From positions 64,001 to 128,000 of the forward strand of contig CANMWZ010000001.1 of assembly GCA_947501605.1 (NCBI GenBank): a DNA stretch of 64,000 nt, written 5' to 3'. A program made the translations under genes and the position numbers. Each line of letters opens with the position of its first letter. Positions within the stretch are counted from its first letter, which is position 1. This stretch comes from Planctomycetota bacterium (GTDB lineage: Bacteria; Planctomycetota; UBA1135; UBA2386). Of the stretch, positions 1 through 9,624 are shown piece after piece. The notes under the pieces are model-generated. The model was not told where the DNA came from. It made no database searches and was given only the letters and a program-made list of their open reading frames with translations.

Positions 1-61
1 CAACGAACTGCTGCTGCAGAAACTGCGGCGCATCGCCGAGCAATTGCCGCTGCCGCGCTGA
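1..61 (+). CDS. 3' end of a CDS entering the window (…NELLLQKLRRIAEQLPLPR*)
   Basis: Open frame from position 2 to TGA at 59-61 with typical GC3-rich codons; too short to assign a function. Confidence 0.55.
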   Translation, partial: NELLLQKLRRIAEQLPLPR

Positions 62-128
62 CTAGGTGGGGTCACGCCTCGACTGGCATTCCTGATCGAC
101 GAGGCCACTCGCCCACGCCCACCGGCGG

Positions 129-971
129 TCAGCGGCCGCGCGGCGAAAAGAACGGGAAGTCGCCCCCCATGCCGAAGAGGCTGCTGATCGAGAACTCCCC
201 CGAGGGCGCGGAGATCGGGTCGCCCGGCGCGTGGTAGCTCATGTGCTCGTAGATCAGGTCCTGCTTGGTCGCCGTCGCGCGCCACTGCAGACGCATGCGG
301 CCGATGATCCACGACAGGTCGAGCGCCTGCACTTCGCCAGTGCGCGCATCGATCGTGACCTGCACATCTTCACGGGCAGAACGCAGCGTGCGATGACCGG
401 GCTGCTCGCCCGAGACGAGCATCTCGATGTCGTCGGCCTTGCGCAGCTTGCTCAGAGTGCGGTCGATGACGTTCAACATCAGCGGCAAGGGGTGGTTGGT
501 GCCAAAAGCCATCGGCTCACCGACCTCGACGCCCGTCGGCGTGATCGCCCAGCCGCCGCTCGGCGCGTAGCCAGCGCGGAACACCATCTGATCGAACGGC
601 CCTCGCAGCTCCACCAGCATGCGCTCGCGCCCACGCAAGAGGAGTCGAGCTTCCATCGACCCGGGTAGCGACGACAGTAGATACTCCCGATCGATCGGCT
701 GCGCGGCGCGAACGGCAGCGCGGTCGAGGAGCGAGGACACCGATTCTGGCTCATGCCGGGCCAGCACGAACACCAGCACGGTGATGATCGCCGCTGCTAG
801 CCCAATGGCGATGCGCAGGAACGCTGGCGGACGCTGCTTGGGCTCCGCGTGCGCCTTCGCGATCGCCAGCTTCACCGCGAGCAACGGATCCACAGGGTGT
901 GCGACGCGGTCGAGCAGCGCGTCGACCAACAATTCGTCAGCCCGGTCGTGGCTCTCGGGCTTGGTCGTCAT
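129..971 (-). CDS. Putative membrane-anchored anti-sigma factor
   Basis: ATGA overlap with the upstream ECF sigma; short N-terminal domain, one TM (IAIGLAAAIITVLVFVLA), extracytoplasmic domain. Confidence 0.6.
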   Translation of the reverse strand: MTTKPESHDRADELLVDALLDRVAHPVDPLLAVKLAIAKAHAEPKQRPPAFLRIAIGLAAAIITVLVFVLARHEPESVSSLLDRAAVRAAQPIDREYLLSSLPGSMEARLLLRGRERMLVELRGPFDQMVFRAGYAPSGGWAITPTGVEVGEPMAFGTNHPLPLMLNVIDRTLSKLRKADDIEMLVSGEQPGHRTLRSAREDVQVTIDARTGEVQALDLSWIIGRMRLQWRATATKQDLIYEHMSYHAPGDPISAPSGEFSISSLFGMGGDFPFFSPRGR

Positions 972-1612
972 GCCCCACTCCCCGCACCATCGCCCAAGTC
1001 CAAGACAGACAACCGCCGGCGGACACAGTCGCGCAGCGCCAGCCGCGCGCGGGTGAGGATCTTGCGCGTGTTGTCAGCGGAGAGCCCTAGCCGCATCCCG
1101 AGCTGCGGGGCGGGCACGGATTCGAAGTAGGTGCCTTCGACCACCTCGAGACTGCGCGGCGCGAGTTCGCGCAGGCAATCCTGCAGAAAGGCGATCTGGT
1201 CGTCGAAGGTGTCGCCCGGCCGCTTGCCGATGCGGGCAAAGCGATCCTCGAGCACATCGAGGATCTCGGGCGAGAGCTCGAGCATGCGCTTCTTCGAGCC
1301 GTGGGCCAGCAACAGACGCCGCGCGATACCGCGCAACCAAGCCGAGAACGGCCGGGATTCGTCGAATCGAGCCAAGGACCGCCAGGCCACGACCACGGTG
1401 TCGGCAAACAGCTCCTCGCGCAGACCGGCTTCGTGCACGATGGCGCGCAGATAGGTCTGCAGCATCGGCGCATGTTCGCGGATCAGGATCTCGAACATCG
1501 GCCGCGCCGCGATGCCAGGGGAGTGCCCGGGGGCGGGGTCCGAGAGATACGGAACCGACCCGACATCCTGGGCGCCGATATCGTTTGGCCCTGCGGGCGA
1601 TGGATCGAGCAT
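968..1612 (-). CDS. ECF-type RNA polymerase sigma-70 factor
   Basis: Region 2 (FEILIREHAPML…AWRSLARFDESRPFSAWLRGIARR) and region 4 (CLRELAPRS…RARLALRDC); start could instead be 1498. Confidence 0.9.
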   Translation of the reverse strand: MLDPSPAGPNDIGAQDVGSVPYLSDPAPGHSPGIAARPMFEILIREHAPMLQTYLRAIVHEAGLREELFADTVVVAWRSLARFDESRPFSAWLRGIARRLLLAHGSKKRMLELSPEILDVLEDRFARIGKRPGDTFDDQIAFLQDCLRELAPRSLEVVEGTYFESVPAPQLGMRLGLSADNTRKILTRARLALRDCVRRRLSVLDLGDGAGSGA

Positions 1613-1750
1613 GGCAGGAGCGGCTGTCACGAACCCCCGGGAGGAGAGGAACCGGACCGTCATATTGCGAGCCCGGCGAGCAAGTGGGACAGGAATCCGG
1701 CACAGAACCACAGCCGGCGCGTATCAGCGGCCCTCCGAATCCAGACCGAC

Positions 1751-2473
1751 ATGTTCAAGACCACGCTGCCATCGATCGTTCTCCCCTTCCTGTTCGCCTT
1801 GGCGCCCGCCACCACTGCCCTGGCTCAGGCAACGCCGCCGGCCACCCCGCCCGCCACCCCGATTGCCGAACCCAGGCAGGAGCCGACCGGCACCGCGGGG
1901 ACCCCCGCCGGCCAGCCCGAGAAGCCGATGCCGAAGGCAGACGCGAGAGACGCCACCAAGTCCGCGACCGCCAAGGTCACCGAACCCGCCTTGGGCACCG
2001 TAGAACTGCGCAAGAAGTCGTTCCACCTGGATGGCGATGGCCTCGCTCTGCAGGGCTATGACCCGCTGAGCTACTTTCTCGCCAAGGGGCCGACGCTTGG
2101 CAAGAAGCAGTTCGAGCACACAGAGCGCGGGGTCACCTACCACTTCGTCTCGAAGGAGAACCGCGACGCGTTCGCCGCCGAACCGCAGAAGTGGGAACCG
2201 CCCTACGGCGGCTGGTGTGCCTACGCCGTGATCGACGGCGAGAAGGTCGACATCGACCCCCTGAACTTCGAGGTCATCGACGGCAAGGTCTACCTCTTCT
2301 ACAAGGGTTTCTGGGGCGACGCGCGCGACAAGTGGCAGGCGCGCATCAAGACCAAGAACGCAACCAAGGTGGTCGCCGAAGCCGACGCTGGCTGGAAGAA
2401 GCTCGAGGCCGCCGATCAGGCCATCGTCGACGACGAGCAGAAGGCCAAGGCCAAGAAGGCGGCGAAGAAGTGA
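1751..2473 (+). CDS. Secreted YHS-domain protein
   Basis: Signal peptide, Pro/Thr-rich linker, then ALQGYDPLSYF…YHFVSKENRDAF…PPYGGWCAYA. Confidence 0.85.
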   Translation: MFKTTLPSIVLPFLFALAPATTALAQATPPATPPATPIAEPRQEPTGTAGTPAGQPEKPMPKADARDATKSATAKVTEPALGTVELRKKSFHLDGDGLALQGYDPLSYFLAKGPTLGKKQFEHTERGVTYHFVSKENRDAFAAEPQKWEPPYGGWCAYAVIDGEKVDIDPLNFEVIDGKVYLFYKGFWGDARDKWQARIKTKNATKVVAEADAGWKKLEAADQAIVDDEQKAKAKKAAKK

Positions 2474-2489
2474 TCCCCTGACGCGGGGC

Positions 2490-3533
2490 TCACTTCGTGT
2501 CGGCCGCGCGGATCGCGTTCAGCGATGCCTGCATCGCCTCGATGTCGGCATCGGTCAGGTGCAGCCTGGCCGCCTTCAACATCGTCGCGAAGTGCGCGAC
2601 CTCCTCGGGCTGGTAGGGGAAACCAGTGTTCCCCTTTGGTCCTTCGCTGTGCGCCAGCACTTTGCCGTCGGCATCGCGGAAGACAAACCAGGGGATGCCG
2701 CCGCCCTCGGTGAGCCCAGCGTCCTTGCGGTAGCCGTCGAGCATTGCCTGCCCGCCGGTCATGCGATCGGTGTCGATCTTGCAGTCGACGAACTCCTTGC
2801 TGAGGATCGCCGCGATCTCCGGTCGCCGCATCCAATCTTCGAGGCGGTGGCACCAGCCGCACCAGGGCGCGCCGAAGTGCAGGAAGACGCGCTTGTTCTC
2901 CTGCTTGGCAAGCGCCTGCGCTGCTTGCATCACGTCGCTCGCGACCAGTGCCGTTGCGGCGTGCTGCTTCAAGAAGGCGTCGAACTTCTTCGGATCGTGG
3001 CCGTCCTTGCCGTCGATCTTGGCTTCGAACGGCTCGGTATTCTGCTGCGCCAGCGCCTTGCCGTCGGCATCGAGAACCGTGAGGAAAGGGATGGCCTTGA
3101 ACTCAGCCCCCAGTTCCTTGGCGAGGTCCAGGTGTTTGTCGAAGCGGCCGACGTCGACGTGAACGACCTCGTACTCGTAGTTCAACGTGCGCGCGACCTG
3201 ACGGTCCGACTTCATCGTGCCGGCAAGCCACTTGCACCAGCCGCACCAGTTGGCGCCCCATTGGATCAGGACCCGCTTGTTCTCGCGCTTGGCGCGGACC
3301 AGAGCAGCGGCGACGTCCTGCTTGGCATCGGCCTTCTCGTCGTAAACGGGCTTCTGCTCCGGGGCCTGCCGCTTGCTGCCGGTGAGCGGGATCGCAGCCG
3401 TTGGCGCCGCAGCAGCTGGGTCTGCCGGTGCAACGGGCGTAGCGGGTGCAACGGGTGTTGCCGGGGCTTGCCCCACGAGGACACTGACCAACGCCAACGA
3501 CAGCGCCAGTAGACGAAGCAGAGGGAACGACAT
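2490..3533 (-). CDS. Secreted tandem thioredoxin-domain protein (two WCGWC sites)
   Basis: Signal peptide, PATPVA linker, GANWCGWC and GAPWCGWC motifs, each followed by a cis-Pro IP(F/W) motif. Confidence 0.9.
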   Translation of the reverse strand: MSFPLLRLLALSLALVSVLVGQAPATPVAPATPVAPADPAAAAPTAAIPLTGSKRQAPEQKPVYDEKADAKQDVAAALVRAKRENKRVLIQWGANWCGWCKWLAGTMKSDRQVARTLNYEYEVVHVDVGRFDKHLDLAKELGAEFKAIPFLTVLDADGKALAQQNTEPFEAKIDGKDGHDPKKFDAFLKQHAATALVASDVMQAAQALAKQENKRVFLHFGAPWCGWCHRLEDWMRRPEIAAILSKEFVDCKIDTDRMTGGQAMLDGYRKDAGLTEGGGIPWFVFRDADGKVLAHSEGPKGNTGFPYQPEEVAHFATMLKAARLHLTDADIEAMQASLNAIRAADTK

Positions 3534-3624
3534 CGCGATCAACACGGCCAAGACCGTGCCCCGAGGATTGGTGGCGCCGCGAAGGGTCCGCGACGCGGCT
3601 TTGGATGCTACTGCCTCTGGGTCG

Positions 3625-4164
3625 TCAGCTACCGAGCGTCGCCAGGACTTCCTGGAGTCGGCGCAGAGCCCCGAGCGAGAATCCGCGGTCGTGGAAGAAG
3701 ACCACGACGCCGGTGCGATCCAGCAAGGCGACGCGCCCAGGCAGGCCGTCGTCGTTGCCGGTGCATTGCGCAATGGCGCCACCGTCGCCGTAGACGGTCA
3801 CAACGCCCCCCCAATCTTCTTCGGGGATGCCACGGCGCATGCCGCCGTCAATGAAGCCTGAGAACATGCCCGGCACGAGCCCGGGGATAGTCGGCACTTC
3901 GAAGGTCCGAACGCGCACGGCGGCCAGCGACAGCGCCTGAAGCCAGCGGTCGAGATCGAACTGCGAGTTCTGCTGGTAGCCGATCAACAGCAGCAGCGGG
4001 GCGCCCTTCCCGACCTCGGGCAGCGCTACGGCGGTTCCATCCAAAGCCGTTCCGGTGACGGACGGAAAACGCTCGCCGGTCGGATCGCGGCGCGGGTAGC
4101 TGCTGCTGCACGCCGCGAGACAGCAGCCGAGCAGAACGCCAAGGGCGGTGACGGGACGAGACAT
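3625..4164 (-). CDS. Lipoprotein, thioredoxin/redoxin-like fold without catalytic CxxC
   Basis: Lipobox LAAC; FPSVTGTALDGTAVALP and VALLDRTGVV are redoxin-like; no CxxC. Confidence 0.65.
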   Translation of the reverse strand: MSRPVTALGVLLGCCLAACSSSYPRRDPTGERFPSVTGTALDGTAVALPEVGKGAPLLLLIGYQQNSQFDLDRWLQALSLAAVRVRTFEVPTIPGLVPGMFSGFIDGGMRRGIPEEDWGGVVTVYGDGGAIAQCTGNDDGLPGRVALLDRTGVVVFFHDRGFSLGALRRLQEVLATLGS

Positions 4165-4243
4165 GCGCCAGAGCATGCGCCCGGCTTCGCTGGTTGCACG
4201 CCTCTGGACGCAGGGACCACCGCTCGCCACGCTGCTCGCCCTG

Positions 4244-5071
4244 ATGACCGACCGGCACAAGCACTCCCTCGCCGCACCGTGCCTGTCGCTGCTCGCCGCT
4301 TGCGGCGCGGCGACCGGTCGCTTCCCCGGCACTCTGCCACCGGGGCCGAGCCTGCAAGAAGTTCTCGCCGCGCGCCCACCCGCCGACGACGCCGATCCAA
4401 GGCCCGAGGACGTCAGCTATCGCGTGGAACGCACCGCCTTGATCGACGAACTGCGCGCCCGCTGCCGCGACGTCAAGCCACCGGTCGAACCGCCGCGCCT
4501 CAAGACCCAGAACCTCGTCGAGCCGGTCCGGCTCGACCCCTCGCTGCGCCTCGACGTGCGCTACGCCACGAACGAGAACTTCCTCGGCGCGAAGGTCTAC
4601 GACGAGGCGCGCGTGTTCTTGCAAGCTGAGGCGGCCGTGGCACTGGTCGCGGTCCAACAGTCCTTGGCGGAGCACGGCCTTGGCCTGTTGCTGCACGACG
4701 GCTATCGGCCATGGCGCGTGACCAAGCTGTTCTGGGAAGCGACGCCAGCGGCGCAGCGCGACTTCGTCGCCGATCCAGCGAACGGCTCGCGACACAATCG
4801 GGGCTGCGCCATCGACCTGTCGCTGTGCGACCTCGCCACGGGCGCGCCGCTGGCGATGCCGAGCGACTTCGATGCGTTCACCGCAGCGGCGCACCCCAAC
4901 TACCAAGGCGGCACCCGACTACAGCGCTGGCGACGCGATCTGCTGCGTGCCGCGATGGAGCAGCAGGGCTTTCACGTCTACGACGGCGAATGGTGGCACT
5001 TCGACTTCGAGACCTGGCAGGACTATCCCTTGCTCGACGTACCGTTCGCCGACCTGAACTCCAGCAAGTAG
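4244..5071 (+). CDS. ddpX: D-Ala-D-Ala dipeptidase (M15D, VanX/DdpX family), lipoprotein
   Basis: DVRYATNENF, DGYRP, SRHNRGCAID, EWWHFD motifs; lipobox LAAC. Confidence 0.9.
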   Translation: MTDRHKHSLAAPCLSLLAACGAATGRFPGTLPPGPSLQEVLAARPPADDADPRPEDVSYRVERTALIDELRARCRDVKPPVEPPRLKTQNLVEPVRLDPSLRLDVRYATNENFLGAKVYDEARVFLQAEAAVALVAVQQSLAEHGLGLLLHDGYRPWRVTKLFWEATPAAQRDFVADPANGSRHNRGCAIDLSLCDLATGAPLAMPSDFDAFTAAAHPNYQGGTRLQRWRRDLLRAAMEQQGFHVYDGEWWHFDFETWQDYPLLDVPFADLNSSK

Positions 5072-5083
5072 CAACGACCGGCG

Positions 5084-6052
5084 ATGCGACGAGGTGCAAG
5101 GCAGGGTGTCGGCACGGCCGTCACCTTGGCGTTGGCGAGCGTACTCGCCGGCTGTGCGACAGAGCCCTCGGCGGCGCCCAGCATTGCCATCGTCGCCTTT
5201 GCCGAACATGAAACCGCATCGACCTGCACCGACGCGCTGCTGGCCGCACTCGCTGACCACGGCTACCGAGCCGGCCCTTCGCTCCTCGTCGCTCGCTACA
5301 GCGCCGGCGGCGATGCGAGTCACAGTCACGCGGCGTGGGCGGCAGCAGTCCATTCGAAGCCCGACCTCCTCATTGCCCTCGGGTCGCCGATGATCCGTGT
5401 CGCGTGCGCGGGCACGGAGGCGCGACCGACGGTGGCCGCCTATTGCTTTGACCTTGCGGCGGCAGGCGTCGTCGATGGCAACGGCGCCCGCCTACCGTTC
5501 GTCACTGGCGTGACGTCACCACCACCCGTCAACGCGGTAGTCGCGTTGTTGGCTGCCATCCGGCCGCAACCGTTGCGCATTGGCGTCGTCTACAACCCGC
5601 GGGAAGCGATCGCCATGAACCAAGTGCTCACGGCACGCGTGGCCTTCGCGAACGCGGGCATGGCGCTCGTCGAGGCCGAGATCGCGGCCGCGGTAGACAT
5701 CCCGAGTGCCATGGTGCAACTGCGCGAACGCGGCATCGCCGCGCTGTGGAAACTCGGCGACACGACCGTCGCCCCGGCCGCCGCGACGCTGCTGTCGCTA
5801 GCGCGCGACGCCGATCTCCCGGTGATCGGCGACCATGCCCGTCAATTGGACGAAGGCGCGATCGCGTTCGCCGCCATCGACTGGTCGGCGACCGGTCGAG
5901 AAGCTGGCAAGCTCGCCGCCGCGATCCTCGCCGGCGCGAGGCCTGCCGACCTGCCACTCGTTCGCGAGACTGGCGCCCAGGTGGGGTGGAACCGCGAGCG
6001 CGCCGAGGCCCTGCAGCTACGAGTCCTGCGCCCCGATGACCACCCGCGGTAG
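5084..6052 (+). CDS. ABC-type substrate-binding lipoprotein (ABC_sub_bind family), no adjacent permease
   Basis: Lipobox LAGC; KPDLLIALGS, RIGVVYNPRE, GREAGKLAAAILAGARPADLP. Confidence 0.8.
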   Translation: MRRGARQGVGTAVTLALASVLAGCATEPSAAPSIAIVAFAEHETASTCTDALLAALADHGYRAGPSLLVARYSAGGDASHSHAAWAAAVHSKPDLLIALGSPMIRVACAGTEARPTVAAYCFDLAAAGVVDGNGARLPFVTGVTSPPPVNAVVALLAAIRPQPLRIGVVYNPREAIAMNQVLTARVAFANAGMALVEAEIAAAVDIPSAMVQLRERGIAALWKLGDTTVAPAAATLLSLARDADLPVIGDHARQLDEGAIAFAAIDWSATGREAGKLAAAILAGARPADLPLVRETGAQVGWNRERAEALQLRVLRPDDHPR

Positions 6053-6145
6053 CCACCGCTGACGGCCGTAGCCGACGGCACGCTCTTCCTCCGCGAACCC
6101 GTCGTCGACCTTGCTGCAGCGCTCGCTGGCCGATGCAATGCGCGC

Positions 6146-7408
6146 GTGCTCGCCGAAGTCGAACCAGAAGTCGCTGCCGCAGTCGTCGCCTTGGTTGGCT
6201 TCTTGCTCGGCTGGGCCTGCGCCACGTGGTTGCGCCGGCAAGATCACAAGACCTTCGTGTTCGCGCGCGCGCCGCAGTTGCCCATCCGCGCTCTGGCAGC
6301 GCATGACGACGCTTGGCTGCGCGGCGCGGTGCGCGCCGACTTGCCACTGCAGTGTCCGTGGTTCGAAATCGACTGCGTGGCCTATAGCTACTCGATCGAG
6401 GTCGAGGTCACGCGCACCGAGACGGTGAGGGACAGCGACGGCAAGACGAGAACGGAGACCCGGACGACCTGGGAAACCCAACACGCGGAATCGGAGTCCA
6501 TCGACTTCGACCTCGACGACGGCGACATGGCACGAATTGCCCTCGGCGAAGGCCAGAACGAGGCCATGGCCAGCATCGGCATGGACTACGAGACCTCGAC
6601 CCGCCGCCACTCGGCCTCGGCACTGCCGGTCGGCACCGAAGTCTCAGTGCTCGGCGTGTGGCGCGACGATCAGACCTTTGGCCCGCTGGCGGCAGTGCCG
6701 CTGCTGGTGACGCGGCAGACCCGGCAACAACGCGTTCAGTCGTCGGCCCGCAGCGAAACCGGCCTGTTCTACGCCGCGATGCTGTTTCCGTTCTTCGGCG
6801 CCGTTGTCGCCGCGGGCTTGGCGACCAAGGCAAGGGATGCCACCGGCTGGCTCGTTGCCGCCGCAATCGGGCTCGTCATCCTGCTGCCGCAGTGGTGGCT
6901 GCTGACCTACAATCGCCTATTGCGGCTGCGCCAAAGGGTGAAGGCTGCCCAGAAGCAGATCGGCATCGAGCTCGCCTTTCGCAGTGATCTCGTGCCCAAT
7001 CTCGTGAGCGTCGTGCGCGCCACTGCGGCCCACGAGCATGGGTTGCTGGCCGACCTCGCCGCGATCCGTAGCGGCGGCAGCGTCGACGACCGCATTCGCG
7101 AAGAACGCCAGTCCGGCGCGGCGATGCGGACCGTCTTGTTGCTGCACGAGCGCTACCCACAGTTGCGAAGCGACACCCTCTACCTCGACCTGCACGATCG
7201 CCTGTGGGCCATCGAAGAGAAGCTCGCGCACGCGCGCTCGTGCTACAACGACGCCGTCACCGAGTGGAACGACCGCCTGCAGCAGTTCCCGTCCGTGCTC
7301 GTTGCCCGTGCCGCTCGGCACCGCGAGGCCGCAGTCTTTGCCGCCGAGGGTGACGAGCAGCTACCGCCGCGCTTGTCTGATATCCCTTCCCCGCCCCATA
7401 GCTCATGA
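6146..7408 (+). CDS. LemA-domain membrane protein with N-terminal GIDE-like domain
   Basis: C-terminal TYNRLLRLR…RSDLVPNLV…ERYPQLRS…ARSCYNDAV..WN…QFPS is LemA; N-terminal TM plus beta-rich GIDE-like region. Confidence 0.8.
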   Translation: MLAEVEPEVAAAVVALVGFLLGWACATWLRRQDHKTFVFARAPQLPIRALAAHDDAWLRGAVRADLPLQCPWFEIDCVAYSYSIEVEVTRTETVRDSDGKTRTETRTTWETQHAESESIDFDLDDGDMARIALGEGQNEAMASIGMDYETSTRRHSASALPVGTEVSVLGVWRDDQTFGPLAAVPLLVTRQTRQQRVQSSARSETGLFYAAMLFPFFGAVVAAGLATKARDATGWLVAAAIGLVILLPQWWLLTYNRLLRLRQRVKAAQKQIGIELAFRSDLVPNLVSVVRATAAHEHGLLADLAAIRSGGSVDDRIREERQSGAAMRTVLLLHERYPQLRSDTLYLDLHDRLWAIEEKLAHARSCYNDAVTEWNDRLQQFPSVLVARAARHREAAVFAAEGDEQLPPRLSDIPSPPHSS

Positions 7409-8157
7409 TCCGCCAAGCCTCCACCGCGCTCTTCGCGAGCAGCCTCTTGCTCACGTCTTGTTCCACGACAGAGCGCGAACACACGCGGATCCGCGCCGAT
7501 GCGGCCTTTGGTGGCGGCAAGCTGAAGCACTCGACCAACGGCAGCGCCCTCGACGACTCCGCAACCGCGGCCTACTTCGCCTTCGGGGCAGAAGTCATCG
7601 GCAGGCAGAACCTAGGCGGCGGCGTGCGCTTCCAGACCGTGACCAGCGACGACGACCTCTTCCTGGGCGGCGGGGCAGGCACCCCAGCGCAGGCCTTCGA
7701 CAGCGAGCTGTTCTTGCATGGCACCGGCGTTCTGGGCACCGAGGACAACTCTTTCCCGATTCGCTTCGGACTGTTCTTCCGCAACTACACGCTGGAAGCC
7801 CAACCGACCGGCAACGACATCAACTGGTCCTCCTTCGGCCCTCGCGTGGAAGTCGCTCCCGACATCACGCTCGCCACGACGAACGCGCTCCGCTGGTCGC
7901 TCACGAGTGTGCTTGGCTTCGGCGCCGGAGTCACGACGATCGACACCTCGCCGGCGACGCAGGAGTGGGACACCACGATGGTGCAGGCCGATCTCGCGCT
8001 GGGCACGCGGCTGCAGTTGGAATCGCTGCGCCTCGACCTCGGCTGGATGTGGCGCGGCAGCAGATACGACGAAAGTGATGTCACTGCTTCCACCACGGTG
8101 CTCGAAGCGGACAGTACGTTCTCGGGCTTCACGTTCGGCCTCGGCGCGACCTTCTAG
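7405..8157 (+). CDS. Outer-membrane beta-barrel protein
   Basis: Signal peptide, amphipathic beta strands, C-terminal GFTFGLGATF; ATGA-coupled to the LemA gene. Confidence 0.75.
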   Translation: MIRQASTALFASSLLLTSCSTTEREHTRIRADAAFGGGKLKHSTNGSALDDSATAAYFAFGAEVIGRQNLGGGVRFQTVTSDDDLFLGGGAGTPAQAFDSELFLHGTGVLGTEDNSFPIRFGLFFRNYTLEAQPTGNDINWSSFGPRVEVAPDITLATTNALRWSLTSVLGFGAGVTTIDTSPATQEWDTTMVQADLALGTRLQLESLRLDLGWMWRGSRYDESDVTASTTVLEADSTFSGFTFGLGATF

Positions 8158-8250
8158 CAGAGCCCCGCAGCATCGCCCGATGGCACCGCCCTCTCGCCGT
8201 GCGAACAGTCGCCTCGCGGGTCGCAGGCCACCACGAGCCGATACTGGTGC

Positions 8251-9240
8251 GTGACGCAGCCACCTGAGGCCGACGACTGGGAACCGCTGTCGAACGAGCA
8301 GTTGTTCGCCGACGACAGGTCCTTGCCTGCCAGCCCACCACCGCTCGTCGCCAAGCCGCTGCCACCAAAGCCGCGCGTGGCCAAGCTGCCGCACCCCGTG
8401 TTGCCGCCGGTGACGCCTGCCGCTAGCGCAGTCCGCGCCAATCCCGATGCCGAGCAGCGGGCCCTGCACGAACTGAAGCAACGACTCGCAACCGCCAAGA
8501 AGCGCATGGCCCCGTTGCACGCAGCGTTTGCCAGTGCGACGCGACGGCTGGCCTACGAACCGCCGCTCCCGGTCGAAGCGGCAACCAAGGCCGACGCGCC
8601 CGACGACGACCGCAGTCTCGGAATCGAGTTCGAAGACGGTCACGACCCCCGCGAAGACCAATCGTGGTTCCGCGCGTTGCCGGCGACGGAACAGCAGCGG
8701 CTCGGCACCGCGTGGCGGGCGCAGAAGAACCAGTACTCGGGCGAGAGAGCCCAGTTCTGCTACGACGTGCGCTACGCCGCGATCTGCGGCGCCGGCGTGT
8801 TCGTGTTCGTTGCGATCCTGACGGCCATCGCCTGCGCCGACGGCGGTCGAAGTCTGCAACTCGTGGTCGCCGGTGCGTTCGCCGCCGCCATCGCCCGCGT
8901 GCTCCGCGGTGGACGCTTCGTCTTCGCCATCGCCGGCTTCGCGACCTACGCCCTCGTGATGCAAGATGCCCTGCTGAAGTCGCAGCTGCTGTGGTACGTG
9001 TGGTCGGTCGCCGGCTTCGCGACAGCGCTGATCGGCATCGATCGCGAGATGCGTCAGGCGGGCGGCTTTGGTGGCCGTTGCCTAGTGAGCACCAAGCCGA
9101 CCGAACCGGCAATCGCCGCCGGAAGCCAGAGCCACAGAGCTTCTGACAGCAGCACGTCGACACCCCACGAGGAGAAGAACGCGCTGACGCCGAGCGGTGC
9201 GACCGCGATCGGACGGAACGAGAAGAACAACCGTTCCTGA
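8251..9240 (+). CDS. Hypothetical membrane protein
   Basis: Pro-rich N-terminus, several C-terminal hydrophobic segments; 3' tail overlaps the convergent gene. Confidence 0.65.
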   Translation: MTQPPEADDWEPLSNEQLFADDRSLPASPPPLVAKPLPPKPRVAKLPHPVLPPVTPAASAVRANPDAEQRALHELKQRLATAKKRMAPLHAAFASATRRLAYEPPLPVEAATKADAPDDDRSLGIEFEDGHDPREDQSWFRALPATEQQRLGTAWRAQKNQYSGERAQFCYDVRYAAICGAGVFVFVAILTAIACADGGRSLQLVVAGAFAAAIARVLRGGRFVFAIAGFATYALVMQDALLKSQLLWYVWSVAGFATALIGIDREMRQAGGFGGRCLVSTKPTEPAIAAGSQSHRASDSSTSTPHEEKNALTPSGATAIGRNEKNNRS

Positions 9241-9596
9241 GAGAACGGCCAGAGGAGCGCAACGCCGAGGCCCCCATCCGTGAGCATGTCGACGAGGCCG
9301 TGCGATGCGATCGACGCGCACAAGAACAGGGAGGCCCGCATCGCCCCCACCTCGCAGCGACGACCGAGCCAAGGTCCGATGACGAAGGCAACGACCACCG
9401 CGAACACCAGACTGTGGGTGCAGCCACGGTGGCCATTCCACGCCTCGTAAGGCACACCCTGGAAGTAGCCGATCGCGTCGAGGTCGGGCATCGCCGACAG
9501 CAATGCAGCAGCGACCAGCAGCGCGCGGCGGCGAACCTTGGGCAACCAGCACGCGAGCGCGAGCGGCACCGCAGGATGCGAGAAGCAGGAAGCCAT
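9054..9596 (-). CDS. Membrane-bound metal-dependent hydrolase (YdjM/YbcI family)
   Basis: SHPAVP, MPDLD, HRGCTHSL, SHGLVDMLTDGGLGV motifs. Confidence 0.9.
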   Translation of the reverse strand: MASCFSHPAVPLALACWLPKVRRRALLVAAALLSAMPDLDAIGYFQGVPYEAWNGHRGCTHSLVFAVVVAFVIGPWLGRRCEVGAMRASLFLCASIASHGLVDMLTDGGLGVALLWPFSQERLFFSFRPIAVAPLGVSAFFSSWGVDVLLSEALWLWLPAAIAGSVGLVLTRQRPPKPPA

Positions 9597-9624
9597 GGAT
9601 CGGCGATAGGCTAGCCCCTCCTCG

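Noticed and set aside
1751..2473. YHS protein as a selenoprotein
   Set aside because: The GGWCAY position is TGT (Cys); no in-frame UGA
3420..3470. Repeat inside the thioredoxin gene
   Set aside because: Encodes a PATPVA low-complexity linker; not an independent element
4244..5071. Vancomycin resistance locus
   Set aside because: Lone VanX/DdpX-family gene without vanA/vanH/vanRS
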